The notes beneath the pieces are model-generated. The model was not told the origin of the DNA and searched no databases. It saw nothing but the letters and a program-made list of their open reading frames with translations. A stretch of DNA of 64,000 bases, taken from Candidatus Heimdallarchaeota archaeon. Lineage in GTDB: Archaea; Asgardarchaeota; Heimdallarchaeia; JABLTI01. Both the position numbers and the translations under genes were made by a program. Numbering within the stretch: position 1 is the first letter of the stretch; every line of letters begins with the position of its first letter. Below, piece by piece: positions 48,783-58,745 of the stretch. The DNA lies in assembly GCA_019056785.1 (NCBI GenBank), contig DXJV01000029.1:89731-153730 (forward strand). The letters are read 5' to 3'.

Positions 48783-50294
48783 GTGCCGACCTATAAATCT
48801 ACAGAACCAATGAATGCTAGCAACGAGATAGAAAGTGAAAGTGACCCTCGCGTTGCACGGGATTTTCAATTATTCATTCATAAAACGTTCTCCAAAAGCA
48901 TTCAACGGCTACGAGAAAAGGATTGGAAAGAATTTTCATTCGAGACTGCCATTGTTTTAGTTTTGATTAGCTGTGCCCTTTTTGTTAGATTAATTCTCGC
49001 ATATGATTATCGAGTGAAGTATGGCCTTAATATTGGCAGCGACATTATCTGGAATCATTGGTTACCATTCAATATTAATGACATAGAATTTCGCGGTTTT
49101 GCAGATTTTAATTATTATTATTTCAGTTGGATCAAAGGGTGGTATGAGAATAATTGGTACCCCTACGAGTGGGCAGACCCTATAAATGTCTATGACTATT
49201 ACTCCTACCCTCCGGTCTTTTTGTACTTTCTCATATTCCTATGGCGTCCGGGTATGAATAACCTATGGATGGCTTTTCCGATGATCTTTACTGATGCTGC
49301 TGTTGCAGGTGTAGTCTATCTGATTCTACGAGAGATAAATAAGACAAAAACATCGCGGGTTGTTGCTGTCTTTGGTGGAGTATTGATGGCAATTGCACCG
49401 ATCAATGTGATTTACGATGGAATCTATTGGCTAAATCCTGGGCCCGTGACTCTCCTAACGATAATAGCATTCTATTTTGCAATGAAAAAGAAATGGTGGC
49501 AAGCATTCTTTTGGCTAGCAATAGCAACAATGACCAAGCAAAATGCTCTTTTCTTTGCTTATCCATTGTTTATGGCCATGGTGGGTGAAAAAGTACGAAA
49601 TAAAACTATCCGCGAGACAGTTATTGAGAGCATAATGAATGCTATGCTGTTCGTAGGTGTTGGACTCTTGTTATCTATTCCATATATCTTTATTGACCCT
49701 GTCGAATATGGACGGCATATGCTTTTCCCGGGAAGAAAACTTGAGTTACGCTTTACGGCAGTTCATCCAGCTACTAATGATTGTGTTTCATTTGCAAAGT
49801 CACTCGAGGAACTCGGCTTCCCTCAAGTATTTGTAGGAATCGCAGCATTTGGGAATTATTCTATGCTCTGGATGATTGCTTCGGCTTCAGTGATTGCTGT
49901 TGGCATGCTATGGCGCTCCTATCAAGATAAAATGGACAACATTGAATTTTTTGAATGGATTGCAATGTATACAATTGTTACACATATTTTTATGCCTCGA
50001 GGGGTGTATAAATTCTATACAGCTTATTATGTTCCAATGATCTTAGTTGCCCTTCTTGGAACCTTTACGTATTTCTTCTCGAGTGAGAAATGGGTAGCCT
50101 TTAGCCTTTTGGCAGGTGGGGCACTCTTCCTCTGGTTTAACTTTTGGCTTCTTATTATGGATAGATGGGCGGTTCCATTTTACCTTTTTATGGTTGCTCT
50201 CACAATAGGACTACTTGCATTTGTTAGAAATGATGTTAAAGCCTTTATTACTCGAAAAAGGAAAAAAAGAGGAGAAAGAATACAGGTAGTTTAA
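48783..50294 (+). CDS. GT-C fold integral membrane glycosyltransferase (GT87/PIG-M-like)
   Basis: About 11 TM helices; first-loop D..YY...PY...Y.YPP..LY, D.....VYL, and AT.TKQ. Confidence 0.78.
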   Translation: MPTYKSTEPMNASNEIESESDPRVARDFQLFIHKTFSKSIQRLREKDWKEFSFETAIVLVLISCALFVRLILAYDYRVKYGLNIGSDIIWNHWLPFNINDIEFRGFADFNYYYFSWIKGWYENNWYPYEWADPINVYDYYSYPPVFLYFLIFLWRPGMNNLWMAFPMIFTDAAVAGVVYLILREINKTKTSRVVAVFGGVLMAIAPINVIYDGIYWLNPGPVTLLTIIAFYFAMKKKWWQAFFWLAIATMTKQNALFFAYPLFMAMVGEKVRNKTIRETVIESIMNAMLFVGVGLLLSIPYIFIDPVEYGRHMLFPGRKLELRFTAVHPATNDCVSFAKSLEELGFPQVFVGIAAFGNYSMLWMIASASVIAVGMLWRSYQDKMDNIEFFEWIAMYTIVTHIFMPRGVYKFYTAYYVPMILVALLGTFTYFFSSEKWVAFSLLAGGALFLWFNFWLLIMDRWAVPFYLFMVALTIGLLAFVRNDVKAFITRKRKKRGERIQVV

Positions 50295-50307
50295 AACGAT
50301 TTGTATA

Positions 50308-52152
50308 TTAAAGTACTTTCTCAAAAAAGTCAGCAATACGTTGGTAGAGAACTTTTTGGTTTTCAGTTTTAATTATCCCATGGCCTTCATTTTCGAAAAT
50401 GAGCAATTCATAATCGATGGAATATTCGTCAAGTCGTTTTCGCACAGCGTCAACATTTTTTGGGGTGACATTTGGGTCTTGTGCCCCTTGAACGATAAGA
50501 AGCGCTCCTCGGATATTCTGTACAAAATTTATGGGCGAACGTTCGAAATATCTTTCCGGAACTTCTTCCGGTGTTCCCCCGAGCATTTGTTCTGAATAGG
50601 GACGCAGATCAGGGCGTGTCGTTTCGTAATCTACCACCAGGTCAGTCATACCACAAATTGGCACGGCAGCAGCAACAAGGTCGGTAGGCGCTTTTGTGAT
50701 AGCAAACCAGCTACTATAACCTCCATAACTTGTGCCGGTGACACCAACTTTACCTTTAGAAACAAGCTTCTGGTCGATGAGAGCTTTAATCCCTTCGAAA
50801 ATATCATCTTGCTCATCGGAACCCCAGCCATGGACACGTATGGCGTCTTCAAATTCATACCCATAACCAGTGCTTCCACGATAGTTTGGTGCAAAAACGA
50901 GAAAGCCACGATGGGCATAATATTGCACTTGAGCAATAATTTCGTCTTCTATATGTGCTGTCGGGCCACCATGAATATAAACAATGCATTTCCCAGTGGG
51001 ATGCTTTGGTTTGTAAAGCCATCCATGAAGAGGTAAGCCATCTTTTCCTTTCCACTCGAAATCTTCTGCAGGCGTGAAATCCTCCGGTGTTAGTTTTGCT
51101 TTGCTCCAAACATCTGTAATTGTTTTGAACTCTAATGCTGGAACAGCTTCTAAGGGAAATTTCACCAAATCGCTTGGTTGTGTTGACGAATAATAGATAC
51201 CCAACCATTCACCATCAAATGCAGGACTAATGAGATGAAGATTCCCTTTAATACGGGGAAGAACGGTTTTTTCTCGAGTTGAAACATTAAAAATCGTTGT
51301 CTTTATTTTTGCTTTCTCGGCTTCATGGATAAGGAGGTAATTGCCAATCTTTGGTGATGATAAATCCTCAATAGAACTCGTTGGGTCGTCATAAATCCAC
51401 TCAATTTCCCCTGAAGCTACTGTATAAATTCCAACAGAATAATAAGTTTGCTTTTTGTTATCCTTGTAATCGGTCATAAATGCAATGGTCTTTCCATCTG
51501 GAAGCCAGGTAGCGGTTATTCGTGCTTGAGGGGCAAAGTTTAGAATTTCATGGTCATCTTTCCCCTCACAATCTACCAACCAGATTTGATTTCCTTTCGG
51601 GTGATATTCTTTCCGACTATAGAGCAAGTGAGTACCCGGGTTATTCAATGTGGGATAGGTCCATGCCGGCTTTGTTGGTTGCGCTAAAGGTATACGCTCC
51701 TCTGTTTCGAGGTTATGGGCATATATCCAAGTCGGCTCCAGCTCCTTCTTTTGTGAAAAGTCATAATTTGCTCCATAAAAGAGCCAGTTCTCAGATGGAT
51801 GAATGTCGCCATAGCGAATGAAATAGGGTGGGTTCTCTTCTGTAAGTGGATACATAGTCAAAGGGTCAGCTAAATTTACTTTGAATAAACGATGCCGTTC
51901 ATTTCGGCTTTTATCTTCAGAGACCAATACCGCCTTGCTTTTTGGGAAGAAATCGAGAGCGATGGTTGTTTCTGCTGTTTTTGTCAATGCTATTGGCGTT
52001 GGTTTTGGAGCAGAGAGGTCAATATAAAAAACATCCACATTTGGATGAATGTTTTTCCACGAGAAGGCAACCATATCACCTTTCTTAGAAACAATTAATC
52101 GGAAAAGACGCGGTACACTTAATAAATTATCAAGATAATCATCTTTATTCAT
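50308..52152 (-). CDS. S9 family peptidase (acylaminoacyl/dipeptidyl aminopeptidase)
   Basis: Beta-propeller N-terminus, IHGGP, PNYRGSTGYG, GTSYGG, QG..D.NV and EGHG. Confidence 0.94.
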   Translation of the reverse strand: MNKDDYLDNLLSVPRLFRLIVSKKGDMVAFSWKNIHPNVDVFYIDLSAPKPTPIALTKTAETTIALDFFPKSKAVLVSEDKSRNERHRLFKVNLADPLTMYPLTEENPPYFIRYGDIHPSENWLFYGANYDFSQKKELEPTWIYAHNLETEERIPLAQPTKPAWTYPTLNNPGTHLLYSRKEYHPKGNQIWLVDCEGKDDHEILNFAPQARITATWLPDGKTIAFMTDYKDNKKQTYYSVGIYTVASGEIEWIYDDPTSSIEDLSSPKIGNYLLIHEAEKAKIKTTIFNVSTREKTVLPRIKGNLHLISPAFDGEWLGIYYSSTQPSDLVKFPLEAVPALEFKTITDVWSKAKLTPEDFTPAEDFEWKGKDGLPLHGWLYKPKHPTGKCIVYIHGGPTAHIEDEIIAQVQYYAHRGFLVFAPNYRGSTGYGYEFEDAIRVHGWGSDEQDDIFEGIKALIDQKLVSKGKVGVTGTSYGGYSSWFAITKAPTDLVAAAVPICGMTDLVVDYETTRPDLRPYSEQMLGGTPEEVPERYFERSPINFVQNIRGALLIVQGAQDPNVTPKNVDAVRKRLDEYSIDYELLIFENEGHGIIKTENQKVLYQRIADFFEKVL

Positions 52153-52255
52153 ACCAAATCTTATTTCTTACTCATTATTTAAAGGTAGAGGCTTTTAAGA
52201 AGCTTGAAATGAAAGGAGTAAAAATGAGCTGACTCTTGCAATTGCTTCTTTGAAA

Positions 52256-53500
52256 TTATTTTGCAACCTTTGCCCAATCAAGGACTGCTTTCACACCAAA
52301 TTTCTTCTCATAACCCAAGTATTTCTGGAAGCCAAGCCCGTAAAGATCCTCTCGAGAGAGAATGAGGTCCGCCTGTCCATGATAACCATGCATTTTCAAA
52401 ACCTTATAAGAAACCCATTCGCAGAACCCTTCCCGGAGGTGGATTGGTTGATTTTGGTTGATGAGGTTTTCTGATTGCCATACGTGAGCAAGCTCATGAG
52501 AAACTGTCCCAAGAGCCATTTGAATGGGCAAATGCGATTGAATATAAATATTCACTTTATCGTCTTTCCTTTGGAAAAGGCCGAGATTCTTGCCTGCTGT
52601 AATTGCTACTCCAGCTTGTGCTATTCGTCTATCTAGCAATTTCTTCGAAATTAATCGATAATTGATTGAAATAGTTATTTCTATGCCCAATTTTTTCAAT
52701 CCTTTTTGTGCAAGAGCAATCACCTTTTGCAATTCTTCTTCTGTAGTGATTGCTGTTTTCTGACAGGCCAGGCAGATTTTCCGGCCGTCAGAAAGTTCAT
52801 AATACTGCTCTTTTACCGGACACCCACAGGAATCGCAGTGTGGTGCAAGATGCTCACAGTGTTCGCAGAAAATGCCTTCTTGGTTCTTATAGGAATAGTA
52901 TCTTCCCACAATTGGCAGCCCACAAGCAGAGCAACGACGAGCATGCTCAAGACACGCATAACAGATCTTTTTTTCGTAAACGGTGAATAAAAATTGGCTT
53001 GGCATGCCACACATATCACATCGCTCATAGACTCTGTAGCAATGATCACAAACTTTCTCTTCGCCAAAATGCCAATATGTGCCAATTATTGGATTGTTAC
53101 AGACAGCACAACGAGGAGTGGTTTTTAAGCAATACTTACATAGAATTTTTCCCCGAACTTTTGTGTAACGGACAACCGGCTTGCCACAACGTTCACATTT
53201 CTGATATTTTTTCATACAGTCGTCACAAGCAATGCTTTTATCGATAAACCGTGTATAACTTCCAATGATGGCTTTCCCGCAGATGTCACATTTTGGTGCT
53301 CGTCGGTAACAAAGAACACATAACCCATCAATTGCTTCATTTTCTCCTCCAATGATGGGTTTGTGACAGCTCCTGCACTTTGGAAGCGATTGATAACATT
53401 CATAACAAAAAATAGAGCCATCTGAAAAATGGATGTATTTTCCTTTAATGACTTCTAAGCATGCGTCACATCTGACTTTAATCGTTCCGACGGAAACCAT
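52256..53500 (-). CDS. LIM-like zinc-finger repeat protein with DA1-like zincin peptidase
   Basis: Eight CxxC-x(14-18)-CxxC units, L.DGRKIC..C..TAI, HELAH, EGFCEW and Y..GF. Confidence 0.85.
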   Translation of the reverse strand: MVSVGTIKVRCDACLEVIKGKYIHFSDGSIFCYECYQSLPKCRSCHKPIIGGENEAIDGLCVLCYRRAPKCDICGKAIIGSYTRFIDKSIACDDCMKKYQKCERCGKPVVRYTKVRGKILCKYCLKTTPRCAVCNNPIIGTYWHFGEEKVCDHCYRVYERCDMCGMPSQFLFTVYEKKICYACLEHARRCSACGLPIVGRYYSYKNQEGIFCEHCEHLAPHCDSCGCPVKEQYYELSDGRKICLACQKTAITTEEELQKVIALAQKGLKKLGIEITISINYRLISKKLLDRRIAQAGVAITAGKNLGLFQRKDDKVNIYIQSHLPIQMALGTVSHELAHVWQSENLINQNQPIHLREGFCEWVSYKVLKMHGYHGQADLILSREDLYGLGFQKYLGYEKKFGVKAVLDWAKVAK

Positions 53501-53620
53501 CTATGAGGAGACCTCACTAATCGGTAGAATCTTTTGTAAATATCTTTCTACGGTAAATAATTGCTCATTTTAAAGGAAAAAACTTTCGATAGAGGCTAAA
53601 AGCATGGCTTTAAAAATAAG

Positions 53621-54169
53621 TTAGAGCCTGCGACGGAGGGTATTCAAATAATCAATGAACTCATTGAGAATTTTACATTCTTCGCTGAAGTGTGCTTGTA
53701 AAGTTGTTTCTTGACGTCGAGTTAACGGTTGAAGAATGATTTTCTTGAAATTAGATGAGACAATAATTAAGAGAAGTACAACAGTTAAAAGAAGTAAATA
53801 CTTAGACCAATGATCGAGCAAAATAATCGCTGCCACACTACCAGCTAAGAACAGGAAAGAGAGAGAAGAAAAAACAATGATTAAACTATTAATCGTTCGT
53901 TTTCTTCGTCTAGTGATCTTGTGAAAAGCCTCTCTTACCTTCGTTTCTTCCCAGCAAGTGGCAATTTCTGGCAAGCTAATGCTGACAGCCGCAATCTTTG
54001 TTTCCATAGTTTTCATTGCAGCAGTGATATTCTCAAAGGGGAGTGGGGTAGAACTGCTTTTTCGATGGATAAGTACAGAAAGATCTGCTATAATGGAATT
54101 TAGAACTTCTTTTACCTCTTTAGAGACTTTCCTTTGCTTCAATGATTTCTTGGAAGGCAAATATGTCAT
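53621..54169 (-). CDS. Hypothetical membrane protein (2 TM)
   Basis: 182 aa with a helical hairpin of TM segments. Confidence 0.65.
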   Translation of the reverse strand: MTYLPSKKSLKQRKVSKEVKEVLNSIIADLSVLIHRKSSSTPLPFENITAAMKTMETKIAAVSISLPEIATCWEETKVREAFHKITRRRKRTINSLIIVFSSLSFLFLAGSVAAIILLDHWSKYLLLLTVVLLLIIVSSNFKKIILQPLTRRQETTLQAHFSEECKILNEFIDYLNTLRRRL

Positions 54170-54201
54170 GGTGCTTCGCCTGTTGCTTTTATAGCTGACA
54201 A

Positions 54202-54606
54202 CTAACTTTTTGAAAGCCGGTAGAAAATTATGATAAGCGCACCAAGAATGACCACAAGTGAACCGAGATTCCCTGCCAAGAGAGCAATAATAATTATAAT
54301 GATCGCATAAAGATAGAGATTCATTCGATAATAGATCCTACGATCAACCGCCAACCAGATGACAATTACTGCCACAATGATTGCGACGACAGCGGCAAGC
54401 CAGATGTTAACAAAACCAAAAGTATAGGATTGCCAGGTTCCCTCGGGAGCGCCAACCTCCAAATATTGGACAATACCAACTATAGCTGAGACAATGATTA
54501 GCACCGCACCGAGAATGATAAGCACTTGACCAACATTGAATAATGTCCCATAGCGTTTACGATGGGTTTTACTTTGCGATTTTGTCTTTTTCTTCTTAGG
54601 GGTCAT
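54202..54606 (-). CDS. Hypothetical membrane protein (about 4 TM)
   Basis: Start set at ATG 54606 (MTPKKK) after GTGA; basic N-terminus followed by hydrophobic helices. Confidence 0.7.
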   Translation of the reverse strand: MTPKKKKTKSQSKTHRKRYGTLFNVGQVLIILGAVLIIVSAIVGIVQYLEVGAPEGTWQSYTFGFVNIWLAAVVAIIVAVIVIWLAVDRRIYYRMNLYLYAIIIIIIALLAGNLGSLVVILGALIIIFYRLSKS

Positions 54607-54692
54607 AACTTCACTTCCAAATTTCGAAAGATAAATGTCATTTAATACACAATCAAAGGTTATAATTATTCTTAATTGTATCGCTGATGGGA

Positions 54693-55190
54693 TTATGACC
54701 GTGAGCGTTTGGCAACAACATTTGCATGAACAATAGTTCCTATAGCTGCACCAATGGCAAAAGTCACGCAAATAGAAAAGACAGCAATAATAAGCAGCGC
54801 AATAAGAAGCTCAACAAAACCAAAGATCAAGCCAAAAGAATGACTCTTAGTGAAGATGAGAGTCAAAAGGGCAATAAACCCATAAGAGCCAACAGAAATA
54901 AGCGCAGAATAGGTGGAATATTGGAGAGAAGTTAAAATCGTATAATTCTGATTTTTCCACGCGCAAATAAAGCCGGCGGGAATGCCATAAAGAGCGAGAA
55001 CGAAATTTAAAGCATAAGGGTTTTCTAAAATATAGGTCGCAAAAAATTCTGTGAGAACATAGGCAATAGCTACGGCAATCCCTGAAAGGCTAATAGTCAG
55101 CCATGGCGGGCGTAATTTTTTATTATAACCCTTCTCATATTCTTTAAAAGCCAAACTTTCTCTGATAGAAGGTTGATCTTTGAGATCCAT
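54693..55190 (-). CDS. Hypothetical membrane protein (4 TM)
   Basis: Hydrophobic ORF; start set at ATG 55190. Confidence 0.65.
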   Translation of the reverse strand: MDLKDQPSIRESLAFKEYEKGYNKKLRPPWLTISLSGIAVAIAYVLTEFFATYILENPYALNFVLALYGIPAGFICAWKNQNYTILTSLQYSTYSALISVGSYGFIALLTLIFTKSHSFGLIFGFVELLIALLIIAVFSICVTFAIGAAIGTIVHANVVAKRSRS

Positions 55191-55635
55191 TTTCTGTTTC
55201 AACTAGTAAAGAATTTGACGGGATTATAAACCTATTCTAATCTTTAATTAATACAAGAAGAGGGTACAACGAAACCACTCTTCTGACAAAAGCCCTCGCC
55301 CTTTAGCTCTCTCTCCAAAGTAAAAGAAAAAAAGAGAACAAATCAACAAGATGGCACTGGGGGTTTAAATAGTTAATTTTCCATTTCTTTGTAATTAATA
55401 ATTTAAAGCACTATACATATTATAGCCCTTCGAGTAGCTATTACTTGCAAAAGGTCAAGAACCTACTTTTAATTAAAGGAAACTCAAAAAATTCCGAAAA
55501 AAAACGGAAAGTTCAATCACCCATTAGGAAAAAACGGCGGAAAAAGTTACTAGAATATAGCACACTTTTACTAGAATAGCGGGGGGAATTTTTCAGAGCT
55601 CTTTTATATTAAAATAAAGGTTCTTTTGTCTGGAG

Positions 55636-55869
55636 ATGACTATTAAAATGTTGACTGTTGCGGAACAACTCCCCCCCTCTGCTCGAGCGATTTATACGCT
55701 CCTTTCTGAGCAGGGTCCTTTGACTTCAAAGGATTTGATACAAAAGTGCGATCTAGCACCTCGAACGGTTAGATATGCATTAAAACGTTTAACGAAAGAG
55801 GGCCTCGTGAAAAAAGCACCATATCTTCTTGATATGCGTTCTTCCAAATATTTTGTTGAAACAGGTTAA
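55636..55869 (+). CDS. Small winged-helix HTH transcriptional regulator (MarR/TrmB-like)
   Basis: LPPSA..IY..L...GPLT.KDL.....LA.RTVRYAL.RL...GLV.....L.D.R...Y; GGAG RBS. Confidence 0.88.
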   Translation: MTIKMLTVAEQLPPSARAIYTLLSEQGPLTSKDLIQKCDLAPRTVRYALKRLTKEGLVKKAPYLLDMRSSKYFVETG

Positions 55870-56064
55870 GGATTGTATATCTAATAACTTGCGTCTTAAC
55901 AACTCTCATTAAATCAAGAAGGTAAGGAACTACAGGAGTCCCAGAAACGGGCTTCCCCCTCTTTTCATATTTCTTTTTCTTTTCGTTTTCTTTCTAAGGG
56001 ATAAATTTTTGAATAGTTCAAATGATTTTGTTATTGCATTGTAAAGACTTTGTAGTAGGAATGA

Positions 56065-57456
56065 ATGCTAATGAAGCTTTTTAGTACGTCAGGAATCCGC
56101 CGGAAAGTTGCAGACCTTCCGCCCGAATTTGTGGTGAAAGTTGGGTTAGCAATTAGTGAATCACTTTGTAATGATAAAAACTCTAAGGTGCTTCTTGGGA
56201 GAGACGCACGGTTAAGTGGTCCTCAACTTGAACATGCCATTTCAGCCGGGCTCTTAGCTGGAGGTTGCTCTGTTGAACACCTCGGGATTGTACCAACCCC
56301 AGCTCTTGCGTATCATACCTACAAACTGAAGGCGAATGCAGGGGTAATGTTGACAGCATCACACAACCCACCAGAATACAATGGCATCAAAGTTTTTGAT
56401 AAAACGGGCATGGGGCTCTCCCCCGAAGATGAAATGAAAATTGAGAAAGCCTATTTTACAGAGCTAAAAGCTGTTTCTTGGGAGAAAATTGGGAACGATC
56501 ACCAAAACTATGGGGCAGAATTGTACCACAAAATGCTTCTGGATGCGGGGGGAGCTATTGATGACAAATATTTCGATGCGGTTATTGCCGACCCCGGTGG
56601 GGGAGCAGGCTGTCAAGTGATTAATGAAACCTACAATGAATTGGGATTAAATTTAGTTATGATTAATGCTCTTTTTGACCCTTTCTTTTCCGCCAGACTC
56701 TCAGAACCGGTGCCTAAAAACCTGACAGAATTGATTTCACTTGTACAAAAGCGAGCGAAAAGTAAATCAGAACGAGTGATTGGTTTAGCATATGACGGGG
56801 ATGCTGATAGATGTGTTGCTATTGATGAAAAAGGCAGGTATGTACCTCAAGATGTGTTAATTGCTCTCTATTCTCAATATGTTGTGGAACAAAATAACAA
56901 CAAAGGACTTATCATTACGCATATTGATGCATCTATGTTGATAGAAAGACTTGTAGGAAAAGCCGGAGGTATTGTGAAGCGGACAAAAGTAGGCGACGTT
57001 GCAATTGGTAATATGGTTGCAAAGGAAAAGGCGCTGTTCGGTGGCGAACCTTGTGGCGCATGGATCCATCCTAAACAACATCTTTGCCCAGATGGACCCC
57101 TGACAGGGTTGAAAATCTTAGCGTGGATTGCTGAGCGAGGACCACTTTACAAACTCGTAGATGAGGTTCATGATTTTCCGGTACAAAGAACGATAATTGC
57201 ATGTGATAATGAACTGAAGAATGAAGTTATGCAAAAAATTGATGAAACTATTTCTACAAAGAATAAAATCAAAGAAATATTAAAGATTGATGGTCTTCGA
57301 ATTACTTTTGAAGATGATAGCTGGGTATTAATCCGCCCGAGTGGCACTGAGCCAATTATTCGGATCACTTCACAAGCAACTACAAAAGAAGACGTTGAAA
57401 GCCAGCTTGAATATTATTCACAAGTCATAAAGAAAGTGATTAAACAGTTGAAATAA
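56065..57456 (+). CDS. glmM: Phosphoglucosamine mutase / phosphohexomutase
   Basis: LF.TSGIR, GRD.R.SG, TASHNPPEYNGIK, DGDADR, GGEP.G and IRPSGTEP. Confidence 0.92.
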   Translation: MLMKLFSTSGIRRKVADLPPEFVVKVGLAISESLCNDKNSKVLLGRDARLSGPQLEHAISAGLLAGGCSVEHLGIVPTPALAYHTYKLKANAGVMLTASHNPPEYNGIKVFDKTGMGLSPEDEMKIEKAYFTELKAVSWEKIGNDHQNYGAELYHKMLLDAGGAIDDKYFDAVIADPGGGAGCQVINETYNELGLNLVMINALFDPFFSARLSEPVPKNLTELISLVQKRAKSKSERVIGLAYDGDADRCVAIDEKGRYVPQDVLIALYSQYVVEQNNNKGLIITHIDASMLIERLVGKAGGIVKRTKVGDVAIGNMVAKEKALFGGEPCGAWIHPKQHLCPDGPLTGLKILAWIAERGPLYKLVDEVHDFPVQRTIIACDNELKNEVMQKIDETISTKNKIKEILKIDGLRITFEDDSWVLIRPSGTEPIIRITSQATTKEDVESQLEYYSQVIKKVIKQLK

Positions 57457-57469
57457 AGGATGGATAGTA

Positions 57470-58729
57470 TTGGTGCAACTCAAAGAAAAACTGACAGACA
57501 TAACGATTGTGATTTTTGTCTCCTCAGCAAAAAAGCAGACATTAACACCACTAATTGAAAACAAACTCCCCATATTTTTTCTCGTTGCCGGAAAAAGAAT
57601 TATTGATTGGCTTTATTCTATGGCAGCAAAAATAGGCATTGAAAAGTTCATTTTGCTCTATGAAAAAGGAGAATTAGCAGCTTTACGAGAACAATTGAGC
57701 AATTACCAAGAAATTTCAGAGCCCATCGATAAAATAGGCAATTTTACTCTTTTCGCATATGAAAGCTCAGAAGGACTCTCTAATAATGAAATAACAGCAC
57801 TACAAGACCAACTTACAAAATATTCTCTCTGGATTGATGGGAATGTTATCTTTTCTGAACGGTTCTTCCACGAATTTCTTCAAGCAGGATTAAAGGCTGA
57901 AAAACTTTTCTTGATAAAACAAAATGAGAAAGAGATCAATGAGGAAAGTGCCGGCATTGGTTTTCTCGAGCGACAGTATTTAGATTACGCTTTAATGGGA
58001 GCAAAAACGGTATCTGATATTTTTAAGCGTGTAAGGGAGGAAATTAGTAAAGAGTCAAAAATAACAACACCCTATGTTGTAAAGGAAACAGAGTTTTGGC
58101 AGATAAATTATCCCTGGGAATTGCTGGATGCAAATCAGACTTTGATTACTTACATCGAGAAAAAACTTGAGGGAAAGGTTGAGAAAGGAGTGACGATCAT
58201 CGGAAAAGTCGCCATTGGAAAAGGAACGAGAGTCAGAGCCGGAAGTTATTTAGAAGGACCATTAACCATTGGTGAAGATTGTGACATTGGTCCAAACTGC
58301 TATTTAAGAAAAGGCGTCGTATTGGGAAGAAAAGTGCGAGTTGGGAATGCTTGTGAACTAAAAAACACGATTGTTGAAGAAGGGACACATATTGCTCATC
58401 TATCCTATGTTGGCGACTCAATTATCGGCGCAAATTGCAATTTTGGTGCTGGAACAATTACCGGAAATTTGCGGCTAGATAACCAAACTGTAAAAAGCAA
58501 AGTTGGAACCATGGTCCTTTCTACTGGTAGAAGAAAAGTAGGCGCAATAATAGGCGACAATGTGAAAACGGCAATAAATGTTTACTTTATGCCGGGTGTT
58601 ATTGTAGGAAACAATGCCGCTATTGGAACAAGTGCAATTATTACTCGAAATGTCCCCGCCCAAACTTTTGTTTTTGTAGAGCAACAATTACAAACTCGTG
58701 CTTGGAAGCCGAAGAAGACGAAAAAATAA
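57470..58729 (+). CDS. glmU: GlmU-like protein: degenerate nucleotidyltransferase domain plus intact hexapeptide acetyltransferase domain
   Basis: YPWELLDAN, IGPNCYLR, HLSYVGDS.IG..CNFGAGT and G.IIGD.VKT. The N-terminal LAAG.G.R motif is absent. Follows glmM. Confidence 0.8.
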   Translation: MVQLKEKLTDITIVIFVSSAKKQTLTPLIENKLPIFFLVAGKRIIDWLYSMAAKIGIEKFILLYEKGELAALREQLSNYQEISEPIDKIGNFTLFAYESSEGLSNNEITALQDQLTKYSLWIDGNVIFSERFFHEFLQAGLKAEKLFLIKQNEKEINEESAGIGFLERQYLDYALMGAKTVSDIFKRVREEISKESKITTPYVVKETEFWQINYPWELLDANQTLITYIEKKLEGKVEKGVTIIGKVAIGKGTRVRAGSYLEGPLTIGEDCDIGPNCYLRKGVVLGRKVRVGNACELKNTIVEEGTHIAHLSYVGDSIIGANCNFGAGTITGNLRLDNQTVKSKVGTMVLSTGRRKVGAIIGDNVKTAINVYFMPGVIVGNNAAIGTSAIITRNVPAQTFVFVEQQLQTRAWKPKKTKK

Positions 58730-58745
58730 CTTTTGTTGATGGTAG

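Noticed and set aside
55284-55306. TGACAAAAGCCCTCGCCCTTTAG, resembling half of an IS200/IS605 terminal hairpin
   Set aside because: The second arm of the hairpin is absent and there is no tnpA/tnpB remnant nearby; cannot be supported.
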